A stretch of DNA of 64,000 nucleotides from Macrostomum hystrix (lineage: Eukaryota > Animalia > Platyhelminthes). Both the position numbers and the translations under genes were made by a program. Each line of letters starts with the position of its first letter. Position 1 is the first letter of the stretch. The stretch covers positions 19,654,001 through 19,718,000 of the forward strand of contig CATNEN010000001.1 of the NCBI GenBank assembly GCA_950097015.1, read 5' to 3'. Positions 45,161 through 57,600 of the stretch are shown here, piece by piece. The notes under the pieces are model-generated. The model was given only the letters and a program-made list of their open reading frames with translations. It did no database searches and had not been told where the DNA came from.

Positions 45161-46916
45161 TGTGTGCTTGTGCTTATTCTTAATTGGAAAACTAACATGA
45201 GCTTAAGAACTGAGGTAGATGGAAAAAGGTCCCCTTCAGCCTTAGTGCCTAGCACCTAGAACACAACATAATGCGTTCAAATGTTTGTGCCTGTCTTTAG
45301 ATCTTATAGATTCCTCTGGTGGTTGCTCACAATTTTTTAAGCAACAATTAGATAAGACAAGTGCACCCAGACATTGTGCCAATGCAACACTGTGATTTAG
45401 AAAAACCCTTAAAAGTGCACCAGGCATCATCCACAAATTGGCAACTTTTTCCTTTTTCCTTTCCTTGATTTATCATTGTGTATAAATCAATATGCCTATG
45501 GCTATGTGTTCAGAAGTCAGCAAAATGGGTAAAGAATTATCTCCTTGCTGGCTATAGGGCTATAGCTCTAGTGTCACTAAATGATGTGCCATTGACATTG
45601 CCTGCAGCCCTGTTAAAATTAATGATTTTTTATTTATCTTACAACAAAAAAATTGACAAATTTATTTTACTAGGCCTAGGAATAAAAAGTTGCCTGTAAT
45701 CCTAGGCCTATATGAAATGATAATAGGCCCTACCAAGACACAGTTTATTAAATATACATAGCTAGGCCTATGTCAGCCATAAATTCTTTACATATCACTT
45801 ATAATTATATAGGGCCTAGATGTTTTATGTTTTGCAAATAGCAATAGTAATATGTCAATATTCAATACACCAATAGTGTGGGCTAAAATAATTCAGCTTT
45901 GACAATTGGCTGGAGTGATGTATTAGGCCTAAAAAAGTTACTTGACTACGATTTACTTAAAGCACACTCCAGGTTCGTCTTCGTCGCAATAATACAGCAA
46001 AACTATGTAATATATAAATTATTTTCAGCCTTATTAAATTAAACATCAAAATAAAATGCAATAAAAAAGTATGTAGGCCCTATCATTTGCGCATGTCCTT
46101 TGCGTCTTGAAGTCTATAGGTTCTGCAGGCCATATTTTTTCTATTTTTATGAATGATTATAGCGTACCTCATATTTGTATATATTATTTTACATTCACCC
46201 TTTTTATTATAATATTCAACAGGTTCTTACAACTGAAATTGTATATAGAGTAGAATGACTGTTTAAACTAGCGCGAAAACAAAAAAGACTAATGTAACAA
46301 GTTGCTTGAATGGTATTCGACCACTAATACCGATAATAAAAGATATGCGACAAGTAAATTTTCTCACCTCAATTACCAGGACTTTTAAAATGTTATTATA
46401 AGCATAAATGCAAAGAATAATGCTATAAGCTAATTAATTATATACCTAATGAAAAATTATTCGAAAGAAACATCATTCATTTACCCAAACTACCTAAACT
46501 CAAAATACCCTGTCAATTAACTAGATGTTAGAAAACAGAATTCTGAAGTTCTGAACTATTTTATAACAGGTTTATAGAGATAAGCTCTAAAAAGAGAAAC
46601 ATTAAATTTAATTAAAAGGAAAGCTGGATTCTAACTTTTCAAAGACGCTATTTCAACGTTTTTAACGCATATTATGTCTAGTGGCGTCGCTTTCCCGTTT
46701 TTAAACTTTTTATTCTAAGAAATAGGATAGATATTATTGCCTTGTGTGTTATATTCTTACAATTTATATCTGATCTCTAAAATTACAAGGAACGGATTCA
46801 ATAGAATTGCCTACTATTGACTGAATCGGATTGTATTTTAAGACGTTGTTGTACAATTTATGTTTTTAGTTGTTTACTTTTTTCTTTAGCCATACTCTTC
46901 TAAGCTCTTTTAAGAT

Positions 46917-49900
46917 ATGAATAATATTGTCCAAGAATATTTTCAAATTCCTGTAATTACACGAGGCTACACAACGGCATGCCTTTTGACTACACTTGCA
47001 GTTGTAAGTTTTATTCTTTTTAGTAACCATATTTATATTGAGATTGTTTGTGATTTCCATCACATCATATTCATAATTAATTGTCCCTATCTTTAGTAAG
47101 TCAGTAACATTCTGGGTCTATGTTGGAGTAAATTTAGATTTATTAGATCTTGTACTTTGGTGTGCACCAATTGTTTTTGTGATTCTCGTTTATTGTCTAA
47201 TTTGTGTTGTCTATTTGAAGAGGGACTATCCTATAGAACTGTTCATTAAATTATTTTTTCGACTTAAATTCAATTCTTTTATACTTGCAGAGTTAAAAAA
47301 TATGAAACACATGAACAAATCAACAGTTTAACACACACGGGAAGCAAAATAGTTTGTTATAGTCCACTACAGTGTTCCAGCAGCCTATACAGCACTCGTG
47401 CATGATATCCTACATTCTTGTGCATATGGACCACAGATGAAGTCCAGGAGCTGCATCAGCTTGAACTGTCATTAAGCTGTCGGCTGTCATTGTTGTGATG
47501 CTATGCATTCTAACCTCAATGTTGATTAGCTCTAAAGCCCTATTAGCACTATTAGGCCCTACCATGTCCAAGTGTATGCATAGAATACCCTCGTGTCTTG
47601 ATGATGTGGTGAGTAAACTATAACAAACAATGTTGTTTCCCGTTGATTGTTTTCATATTTTTGAACTCTGCAAATATAAAAGAATTGTATTAAAGGAGAA
47701 AAATAATTTAACAAATGGTTCTATCTATAGGATAGGTTAAAAAGGAAATTTGAATGTGTAAAGATTGTTATCTGTATAAGGGCAATTCTGAGGGTTTATA
47801 ACAAAATTCTAGAACCTGCCAAGGACTATTGTAAGTGCTTATTAAAAAGCTAAACATTTAAATTTAAATATGTTTCAAGGTTTCCATTTCAAATGCTATT
47901 GGTCTTGGTCATTATCTTTCTTGTGATCTTGCATTGTCAAGTTAAAGTTACTTGTAAGATTCATAAGAGACAGAAAATTGATTGGTTACAATTTATATGT
48001 AAATAAGAATTTAAATCACTATGAATGACAAAAGACTACACTGTGACAGTTTATTTAGAGTTGTAGGTTAATCAGACTAAAATATTCTATATTTACAATT
48101 TACATTTATTTACAAGTTAAGTAATTAACAATAGAGTTAACAAAGCAACTTGCACTATTCATTTGCCAGAATTTTCATCACATGATATGCTAAAGTGCAA
48201 TGAGCCTTCCATTAATCATTTTAGCAACTGGACATAGTCAGCCCGTTTCAGCTATACTTTCATCCAACATTAATATTCAAGAATTTACAGGTAAGCTTTC
48301 ATTAATTAAAGGTGAAGTTAATGATCAATAAAGTATTCAAATTTCAAGTTTATAATGACTTAAAATTCTAGCTATGGCGCTTAGTCACCAACTTCTGCTT
48401 TTTTGGGACCTTCGGTTTTAACTTCTTCTTCAATATGGTGTTCAACTATCGATACTGTCGCATGCTGGAAGAAAACTCATTCCGAGGCCGAACCAGCGAC
48501 TTTGCACTCATGTTCATCTTTGGCGGCAGCTTTATCACGGTGCGTTCTAGTGCCATTTGAGGCCCTAGAGGATGAAGGGTACAGGCCGACTGATATGGCG
48601 GGAGGGTACAGGCCGGCTGATAAGGAGTGGGGGTACAGTCCGACTGATAAGTAGGGAGGGTACAGGCCGACTGATAAGGAGTGGGGGTACAGGCCGACTG
48701 ATAAGGAGTGGGGGTACAGGCCGGCTGATAAGGAGTGGGGGTACAGGCCGACTGATAAGGAGTGGGGTACAGGCCGACTGATATGGAGTGGGGGTACAGG
48801 CCGACTGATATGGAGTGGGGGTATAGGCCGACTGATAAGGAGTGGGGGTACAGGCCGACTGATAAGGAGTGGGGGTACAGGCCGGCTGATAAGGAGTGGG
48901 GGTACAGGCCGACTGATAAGGAGTGGGGGTACAGGCCGGCTGATAAGGAGTGGGGGTATAGGCCGACTGATAAGGAGTGGGGGTACAGGCCGACTGATAT
49001 GGAGTGTGGGTATAGGCCGGCTGATAAGGAGTGGGGGTACAGGCCGGCTGATAAGGAGTGGGGGTACAGGCCGACTGATAAGGAGTGGGGGTACAGGCCG
49101 ACTGATATGGAGTGTGGGTATAGGCCGACTGATAAGGAGTGGGGGTACAGGCCGACTGATAAGGAGTGGGGGTACAGGCCGACTGATAAGGAGTGGGGGT
49201 ACAGGCCGACTGATATGGAGTGGGGGTACAGGCCGGCTGATAAGGAGTGGGGGTACACGCCGACTGATAAGGAGGAAGTGTACTGGCCTTTCCAGAACAG
49301 CATTAACATATTTATGAAACTGGCTAATCTGCAGGTGGCTGGTGTGTTCGTGAACATGGTGTTCCTCAGTCAAGCATTCACCATCATGATTGTGTACGTG
49401 TGGAGCCGTCGCAATCCACTCATTAGAATGAACTTCTTCGGCTTGCTGACCTTTCAAGCGCCCTACCTGCCGTGGGTGCTGATGGCCTTCTCCTTTCTGC
49501 TTGGCAATGTCATCATTGTTGACGCTCTCGGTAATAATAAGTACCCTTTTAAGAGCAGCTATAAATCCAATTCCCGCAAAATCGAATATCCCAATCTTCA
49601 AATTAATCAGTCCAAATACCTAAACTCCCAAATCCCAATCGTACTAATAACCAGCTCTAATCTCTAAAATCCTAAATCCCATTCTAACTACAAGATCCCA
49701 CACTCAATTGCAACATCCCGCAGGCATAGCGGCCGGACACGTTTACTATTTTTTGGAGGACGTTTTCCCGCTGCAGCGGAACGGTTTTAAAGTACTGCGC
49801 ACGCCTCAGTTCCTGTGAGTCTTTGGCGGCCATCGGCCCTAACTTCAGTGCGGTCAGTTGCCCTCCCCTCTAATGGGAGCTCTTGGCGCTCGGAGGGGTC

Positions 49901-51266
49901 AGTTGCCCTCCCCTCTAATGGGAGCTCTTGGCGCTCAGAGGGGTCAGTTGCCCTCCCATCTAATGGGAACTCTTGGCGCTCAGAGGGGTCAGTTGCCCTC
50001 CCCTCTAATGGGAGCTCTTGGCGCTCAGAGGGGTCGGTTGACCTCCCCTCTAATGGGAGCTCTTGGCGCTCGGAGGGGTCAGTTGCCCTCCCCTCTAATG
50101 GGAGCTCTTGGCGCTCAGAGGGGTCAGTTGCCCTCCCATCTAATGGGAACTCTTGGCGCTCAGAGGGGTCAGTTGCCCTCCCCTCTAATGGGAGCTCTTG
50201 GCGCTCAGAGGGGTCGGTTGACCTCCCCTCTAATGGGAGCTCTTGGCGCTCAGAGGGGTCGGTTGACCTCCCCTCTAATGGGAGCTCTTGGCGCTCAGAG
50301 GGGTCGGTTGACCTCCCCTCTAATGGGAGCTCTTGGCGCTCAGAGGGGTCGGTTGCCCTCCCTCTAATGGGAGCTCTTGGCGCTCAGAGGGGTCAGTTGC
50401 CCTCCCTCTAATGGGAGCTCTTGGCGCTCAGAGGGGTCGGTTGACCTCCCCTCTAATGGGAGCTCTTGGCGCTCAGAGGGGTCGGTTGACCTCCCCTCTA
50501 ATGGGAGCTCTTGGCGCTCAGAGGGGTCGGTTGACCTCCCCTCTAATGGGAGCTCTTGGCGCTCAGAGGGGTCGGTTGCCCTCCCTCTAATGGGAGCTCT
50601 TGGCGCTCAGAGGGGTCAGTTGCCCTCCCTCTAATGGGAGCTCTTGGCGCTCAGAGGGGTCGGTTGACCTCCCCTCTAATGGGAGCTCTTGGCGCTCAGA
50701 GGGGTCGGTTGACCTCCCCTCTAATGGGAGCTCTTGGCGCTCGGAGGGGTCGGTTGACCTCCCCTCTAATGGGAGCTCTTGGCGCTCAGAGGGGTCGGTT
50801 GCCCTCCCTCTAATGGGAGCTCTTGGCGCTCAGAGGGGTCAGTTGCCCTCCCTCTAATGGGAGCTCTTGGCGCTCAGAGGGGTCAGTTGACCTCCCCTCC
50901 CCTCTAATTGGAACTCTGTGAGCTCAGTGCGGTTAGTTGCCCTCCCCTCAAATTGAAACTCTTCGAGCTCGGCGAGGGGGGTCAGTTGCTCTCCCCTCAA
51001 AAGGAAACTCTTGGAGCTCAAAGGGGTCAGTTGACCTCTCCTCTAAATGTAACTCTTTGAGCTCAGAGCTCAGAGGGGTCAGTTGACCTCCCCTCTAATG
51101 GAAACTCGTAGGTGTCATTTGCTATTCCCCGTAAGTGAAGACTCGCTCGCCTTCACCGTTGAGCAGGAAGACACTGTTTGACGCACCGCCAGCCTATCAG
51201 GACCCCAACTACCAGCCATTGCCCGAAGAGGAGCGACCGGGCGGCTTCAACTGGGGCGGCATGTGA
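46917..51266 (+). CDS. DERL2: Derlin-2/3 (ERAD rhomboid pseudoprotease), 6 exons, about 235 aa
   Basis: Exons 46917-47003, 48225-48290, 48372-48539, 49335-49530, 49724-49814 and 51167-51266 join in frame: [22 protein letters not shown]..., [55 protein letters not shown]. Confidence 0.96.
48575..49275. repeat. 27-bp minisatellite TACAGGCCGACTGATAAGGAGTGGGGG (Derlin intron 3)
   Basis: Tandem repeat, about 26 copies. Confidence 0.96.
49850..51105. repeat. 45/44-bp minisatellite CCCTCCCCTCTAATGGGAGCTCTTGGCGCTCAGAGGGGTCAGTTG (Derlin intron 5)
   Basis: Tandem repeat with 180-bp and 223-bp higher-order blocks. Confidence 0.96.
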
Positions 51267-52047
51267 CGAGGAGCGCGGCAATCTGACTTGTAAATCCATC
51301 CTATCTCCGGTCATTCTTATGGCAATCCTCATTTAGACTACTGACAACCGGCCAATTCAGTAGTGCTATGAGGACATTGTTTTCTCTGTTTGTTGTAAAG
51401 AAGAAATCACCAAAAAATTGTGCAGATTTCCGTGCCAAAAAAATTTGGCAATATCCTAGAGTCTTGTTTTGACAATAAAAACTTTGGATGAGGAATAGCG
51501 CAATTAAAAGTGGCTTATTTAACTAGCAGTTCAGTGTTTTGTTTGTACGATCTAAAAATATTCAAGAGAAGAAATTTACTAAAACACATTCCAGTGTGGG
51601 AAGCGTAACTTCATTGTTACAATTTGTCCACCAGTGTGAAATACCTCTATTACAAGAAACCCAATATCGAGAAATGACTGCTAAAATCCCTAGGTTGCCT
51701 AATCCCCTAAGTTGGTCTAAATTGCTTCGATGTGTTTTTATCCAGTGATGTATCGCGTGGTGGCTGGTGTTCCGTGACGATTATATTTGCCTTACTTTTG
51801 CCTCACTCCTGCTACGAGTACGTTTCTAAATAATTTCACAAATACGACAAATATCTAAGACTTATGGAATGCTAGTAAGTTCAGTTTGCAACCTACTAGT
51901 TAAATAAAATCCCGTTTGTTTCATGTACAGCCGGCAGTATAGATGAATCAATTGCAAACCTACTGTGTAACTGTGCTTTAAATTAAAAGACTGGAAACTT
52001 GTTTTGACTTTGCTTCATTTGAGTTTCAGTACAACTCTCTAAAACAC

Positions 52048-54790
52048 AGGGGCTCACGGCCCTTGAATGACAGTCGGAGGGGGTCACGGCCCTTGAAGGA
52101 CAGTCGTAGGGGCTCACGGCACTTAAAAGACATTCGGAGGGGGTCAAGGCTCTTAAAGAACAGTCGGAGGGAGTCACGGCCCTTGAATGACAGTCGGAGG
52201 GGGTCACGGCTCTTGAATGACAGTCGGAGGGGGTCACGGCTCTTAAAGAACAGTTGGAGGGGGTCACGGCCCCGTGAATGACAGTCAGAGGGGGTCACGG
52301 CCCTTGAATGACAGTCGGAGGGGATCACGGCTCTTGAATGACAGTCGGAGGGGGTCACGGCTCTTGAATGACAGTCGGAGGGGGTCACGGCTCTTAAAGA
52401 ACAGTTGGAGGGGGTCACGGCCCCGTGAATGACAGTCAGAGGGGGTCACGGCTCTTGAATGACAGTCGGAGGGGATCACGGCTCTTAAAGAACAGTCGGA
52501 GGGGGTCACGGCCCTTGAATGACAGTCGGAGGGGTCACGGCTCTTAAAGAACAGTCGGAGGGGGTCACGGCTCTTGAAGAACAGTCGGAGGGGGTCACGG
52601 CCCTTGAATGAGAGTCGGAGGGGGTCACGGCCCTTGAATGACAGTCGGAGGGGGTCACGGCCCTTAAATGACAGTCGGAGGGGGTCACGGCCCTTGAATC
52701 ACAGTCGGAGGGGGTCACGGCCCTTGAATGACAGTCGGAGGGGGTCACGGCCCTTGAATGTCAGTCGGAGGGGGTCACGGCCCTTGAATGACAGTCGGAG
52801 GGGGTCACGGCCCTTGAATGACAGTCGGAGGGGGTCACGGCCCTTGAAGGACAGTCGGAGGGGGTCACGGCCCTTGAATGACAGTCGGAGGGGGTCACGG
52901 CCCTTGAATGACAGTCGGAGGGGGTCACGGCCCTTGAAGGACAGTCGGAGGGGGTCACGGCCCTTGAATGTCAGTCGGAGGGGGGTCACGGCCCTTGAAT
53001 GTCAGTCGGAGGGGGTCACGGCCCTTGAATGACAGTCGGAGGGGGTCACGGCCCTTGAATGACAGTCGGAGGGGGTCACGGCCCTTAAAGAACAGTCGGA
53101 GGGGGTCACGGCCCTTGAATGACCGTCGGAGGGGGTCACGGCCCTTAAATGACAGTCGGAGGGGGTCACGGCCCTTGAATGACAGTCGGAGGGGGTCACG
53201 GCCCTTGAATGACAGTCGGAGGGGGTCACGGCCCTTAAAGAACAGTCGGAGGGGGTCACGGCCCTTGAATCACAGTCGGAGGGGGTCACGGCCCTTGAAT
53301 GACAGTCGGAGGGGGTCACGGCCCTTGAATGACAGTCGGAGGGGGTCACGGCCCTTGAATGACAGTCGGAGGGGGTCACGGCCCTTGAATGACAGTCGGA
53401 GGGGGTCACGGCTCTTAAAGAACAGTCGGAGGGGGTCACGGCCCTTGAATGTCAGTCGGAGGGGGTCACGGCCCTTGAATGTCAGTCGGAGGGGGTCACG
53501 GCCCTTGAATGACAGTCGGAGGGGGTCACGGCCCTTGAATGACAGTCGGAGGGGGTCACGGCCCTTAAAGAACAGTCGGAGGGGGTCACGGCCCTTGAAT
53601 GACAGTCGGAGGGGGTCACGGCCCTTGAATGACAGTCGGAGGGGGTCACGGCCCTTGAATGACAGTCGGAGGGGGTCACGGCCCTTGAATGACAGTCGGA
53701 GGGGGTCACGGCCCTTAAAGAACAGTCGGAGGGGGTCACGGCCCTTGAATCACAGTCGGAGGGGGTCACGGCCCTTGAATGACAGTCGGAGGGGGTCACG
53801 GCCCTTGAATGACAGTCGGAGGGGGTCACGGCCCTTGAATGACAGTCGGAGGGGGTCACGGCTCTTAAAGAACAGTCGGAGGGGGTCACGGCCCTTGAAT
53901 GACAGTCGGAGGGGGTCACGGCCCTTGAATGACAGTCGGAGGGGGTCACGGCCCTTGAATGACAGTCGGAGGGGGTCACGGCCCTTGAATGACAGTCGGA
54001 GGGGGTCACGGCCCTTGAAGGACAGTCGGAGGGGGTCACGGCCCTTGAATGTCAGTCGGAGGGGGGTCACGGCCCTTGAATGTCAGTCGGAGGGGGTCAC
54101 GGCCCTTGAATGACAGTCGGAGGGGGTCACGGCCCTTGAATGACAGTCGGAGGGGGTCACGGCCCTTAAAGAACAGTCGGAGGGGGTCACGGCCCTTGAA
54201 TGACAGTCGGAGGGGGTCACGGCCCTTAAATGACAGTCGGAGGGGGTCACGGCCCTTGAATGACAGTCGGAGGGGGTCACGGCCCTGGAATGACAGTCGG
54301 AGGGGGTCACGGCCCTTAAAGAACAGTCGGAGGGGGTCACGGCCCTTGAATCACAGTCGGAGGGGGTCACGGCCCTTGAATGACAGTCGGAGGGGGTCAC
54401 GGCCCTTGAATGACAGTCGGAGGGGGTCACGGCCCTTGAATGACAGTCGGAGGGGGTCACGGCCCTTGAATGACAGTCGGAGGGGGTCACGGCTCTTAAA
54501 GAACAGTCGGAGGGGGTCACGGCCCTTGAATGACAGTCGGAGGGGGTCACGGCCCTTGAATGACAGTCGGAGGGGGTCACGGCCCTTGAATGACAGTCGG
54601 AGGGGATCACGGCTCTTAAAGAACAGTCGGAGGGGGTCACGGCCATTGAATGACAGTCGGAGGGTCACGGCTCTTACAGAACAGTCGGAGGGGGTCACGG
54701 CCCTTGAATGACAGTCAGAGGGGGTCACGGCCCTTGAATGACAGTCAGAGGGGGTCACGGCCCTTGAATGTCAGTCGGAGGGGTCACGGC
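52048..54790. repeat. 30-bp minisatellite CAGTCGGAGGGGGTCACGGCCCTTGAATGA, about 90 copies
   Basis: Tandem repeat; a variant pattern recurs at a 1081-bp offset (52968 and 54049). Confidence 0.97.
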
Positions 54791-55593
54791 TGGCACACAA
54801 AATGCACATTCCAATCAACGCTGGTGGAGGCCTTCAACCATGAAATATTTCAACCATCAGCACCGCACCGACCTTTCAATGGTGTGAATTTTGAGATGAT
54901 TCCGTGCAACAAAGAGCAGCAGATCTAGCTCGTCACAGTCGCAGATTCAACAGCTTTGCGCATTCTCACATGTTTTTTACAAAAAAATGCCATAAATTCC
55001 ACCAGCAGACCACCCGCTGGGATCCTTCGAAAGCCAGCAAGCAGTAATTCGGGATTTAAACTGAACAGGATTTACACTGGCCCATGGCTATATAATTATC
55101 CACTTATCAAGCACTTCACAGCTCAAAGTTTCATTTGTTCCCTTGAGACATGAAATGAATGGAGTGCATTGTGTGCAACAGAAGTAACAAATCACTTTTT
55201 TTGCTTCATATACCTGATAGATATAGAATAGGTTTTTGTTTAACTTCCTGGCCAATGCAGCACATTGGGGGTGTTAAAAATCTCACCTCTATTTTTTTAG
55301 CTCTGCGTGCTCACTCAATGAGATTCGTGAGTAAGTCTGTTTTTGCTAGGGAGCGAAGCTTAAAGAAAGTTTAGGTAGCTCTGAGCTGAATACCTAAAAT
55401 CCCGCTGGGTTAAGTGCCTTTGCTTGCTGAACATTTTCTAAAGTGAATGCTGTGCTTTTCTTTGTTAATTCGTCAATGAATCAGTCTTTGTCTGCTTTTG
55501 AATTCTACAGTCTTAATGATCGTTGATCTGCAAGTGTATTTTTCTCTCAAAATTCTTTATGAAATATGTTATTTTAGACGACCAAATATTTTT

Positions 55594-56135
55594 TGTTATT
55601 CAGGTGGAAACCCTGTTATTCAGGTGGACACCCTGTTATTCAGGAGGACACCCTGTTATTCAGGAGGACACCCTGTTATTCAGGTGGACACCCTGTTATT
55701 CAGGAGGACACCCTGTTATTCAGGAGGACACCCTGTTATTCAGGTGGACACCCTGTTATTCAGGTGGACACCCTGTTATTCAGGTGGACACCCTGTCATT
55801 CAGGTGGACACCCTGTTATTCAAGTGGACACCCTGTTATTTAATGGATAGTCCTGTTTTTTAATGGATACCCTGTTTTTTAATGGACACCCTGTTTTTTT
55901 AATGGACACCCTGTTTTTCTAATGGACACCCTGTTTTTTAATGGACACCCTGATTTTAAATTGACACCCAGTTTTTTAATAGACACCCTGTTTTTTAATG
56001 GACACCCTGTTTTTTCAAAAGACACCCTGTTTTTTAATGGACACTCTGTTTTTAAATGGACACCCTGGTTTTAAAAGTGGCCATTCAGTAGTTATTAGTG
56101 GACACCCTTATTTATAACGGACACCCTGTTTTTAA
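55594..56135. repeat. 20-bp minisatellite GGACACCCTGTTATTCAGGT grading into GGACACCCTGTTTTTTAAT
   Basis: Tandem repeat. Confidence 0.92.
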
Positions 56136-56556
56136 TGCCCACTGCCATTCCGGTGAACACCAATCCTACAAACGGACACTTTGTCTCTCGCAGGTGCAAA
56201 TAAAATGACAGTCCTTGTTTGTTAAAACCAATTAAAATTCTTTAACAATCAATTGTCAAAGTGAAAAAGGAATTTTTAACAAACCTATTGAGGTAAAAAA
56301 AACACTTCGTTTCTTAATGAAGTGTGTCCATTTTAGGCGAGAGGTCAGAGATTTAATGAGGCTTGCGATATTACTCGTAGATGGATGGCTGAGGTGAGTC
56401 GGATAGCAACTAGACCATCTTGTTTCGACAGCCTGCATGGGCCGAATGCTCTCCTCTCCCATGTGCTCAAGATTCTCCTCCCCAAGCAGCATTTCTAGCT
56501 CCCCTTTCTCTTTTCCTCTATTCGTTAAAAAAGGAATTTATCCCTTTCTTGTCAGA

Positions 56557-57120
56557 CAGTGGTCGGCAACCTCTTTTTAGATCGAGCAACAAAGGCGAAA
56601 ATCAAAGAGACAAAATATATTATAAAGGCAAAAGATAGGACAGGAAGACAGGGGAGAGGTTAGACAGGAGAGATGAGGCAGGGGAAAGATGAGGCAGGGG
56701 AGAGATGAGACAGGGAAGAGATGAGACAGGAAGAGATGAGACAGGGAAGAGATGAGACATAGGAGAGATGAGACAGGGATGAGATGAGACAGGGGAGAGA
56801 TGAGACAGGGGAGAGATGAGACAGGGGAGAGATGAGACAGGGGAGAGATGAGACAGGGGAGAGATGAGACATGGGAGAGTTGAGACAGGAGAGAGATGAG
56901 ACATGGGAGAGATGAGACATGGGAGAGTTGAGACAGGAGAGAGATGAGACATGGGAGAGATGAGACAGGGAAGAGATGAGACAGGTAAGAGATGAGACAG
57001 GGGAGAGATGAGACATGGGAGAGATGAGGCAGGGGAGAGATGAGACAGGGGAGAGATGAGACATGGGAGAGATGAGACAGGGAAGAGATGAGACAGGGGA
57101 GAGAGAAGATGAGACGGGAG
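56557..57120. mobile_element. Truncated hAT MITE end followed by the 16-bp minisatellite GAGATGAGACAGGGGA
   Basis: CAGTGGTCGGCAACCT at 56557 resembles the TIR at 1529. The array at 56640-57120 is the reverse complement of the 1620-2600 family. No second TIR or TSD found. Confidence 0.6.
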
Positions 57121-57394
57121 AAAAAAGTAAGTTGTGACTCCAAATTATTCCCGAGAAATTATCCTCTATAATTTATCGTTTTCTTCCAAAAAATCAGTTC
57201 TTTTTTAAACAATTTTTTGATCATTTAAATCTTTTTTTAGTTTTTTTCTCGAAATTGAGCCATACTTCCAAATTTTTCACTTTAAAGTCGAATAAAAAAC
57301 AATCGAAATAAAATTGGACAATAGATAAAAGGGTTTTCGTTGACTGTCCGGCTGTAAAAAAATGAGTGGGTGGCCAGTTCCCAGGTCACTGCCT

Positions 57395-57475
57395 TCCTAA
57401 TTGGCCAGCCACCTCACTCACCCGCCATTGGCTCACGCAGGCCAAGCTATTCGTTTGGCGCAACCAATCAGCGCG
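57395..57475 (+). promoter_or_regulatory. Putative ptf1a promoter, three CCAAT boxes
   Basis: ATTGGCC (about 57400), ATTGGCT (about 57428) and CCAATCA (about 57464), spaced about 30 bp apart, 130-200 bp upstream of the ATG. Confidence 0.5.
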
Positions 57476-57600
57476 CAAGCAGGGCCTGTGTGCTCCGGAC
57501 CTTGCTCAAACCGAAATCACATTTTAAGCGGAGCGGAGTTAACAGTGATCCAACGACCAACTCAGCCGTGTCAGACGCCAGTATCACAAGTTACAAAGGT

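Noticed and set aside
47498-47608. Alternative Derlin first exon ending GTG|gtgagt
   Set aside because: The canonical first exon was found at 46917-47003; this segment has no Derlin similarity (at most a cryptic exon).
57370-57600. N-terminal extension of Ptf1a from the GTG start in the ORF track
   Set aside because: It is a non-ATG start overlapping the CCAAT-box cluster; the ATG at 57601 is more plausible.
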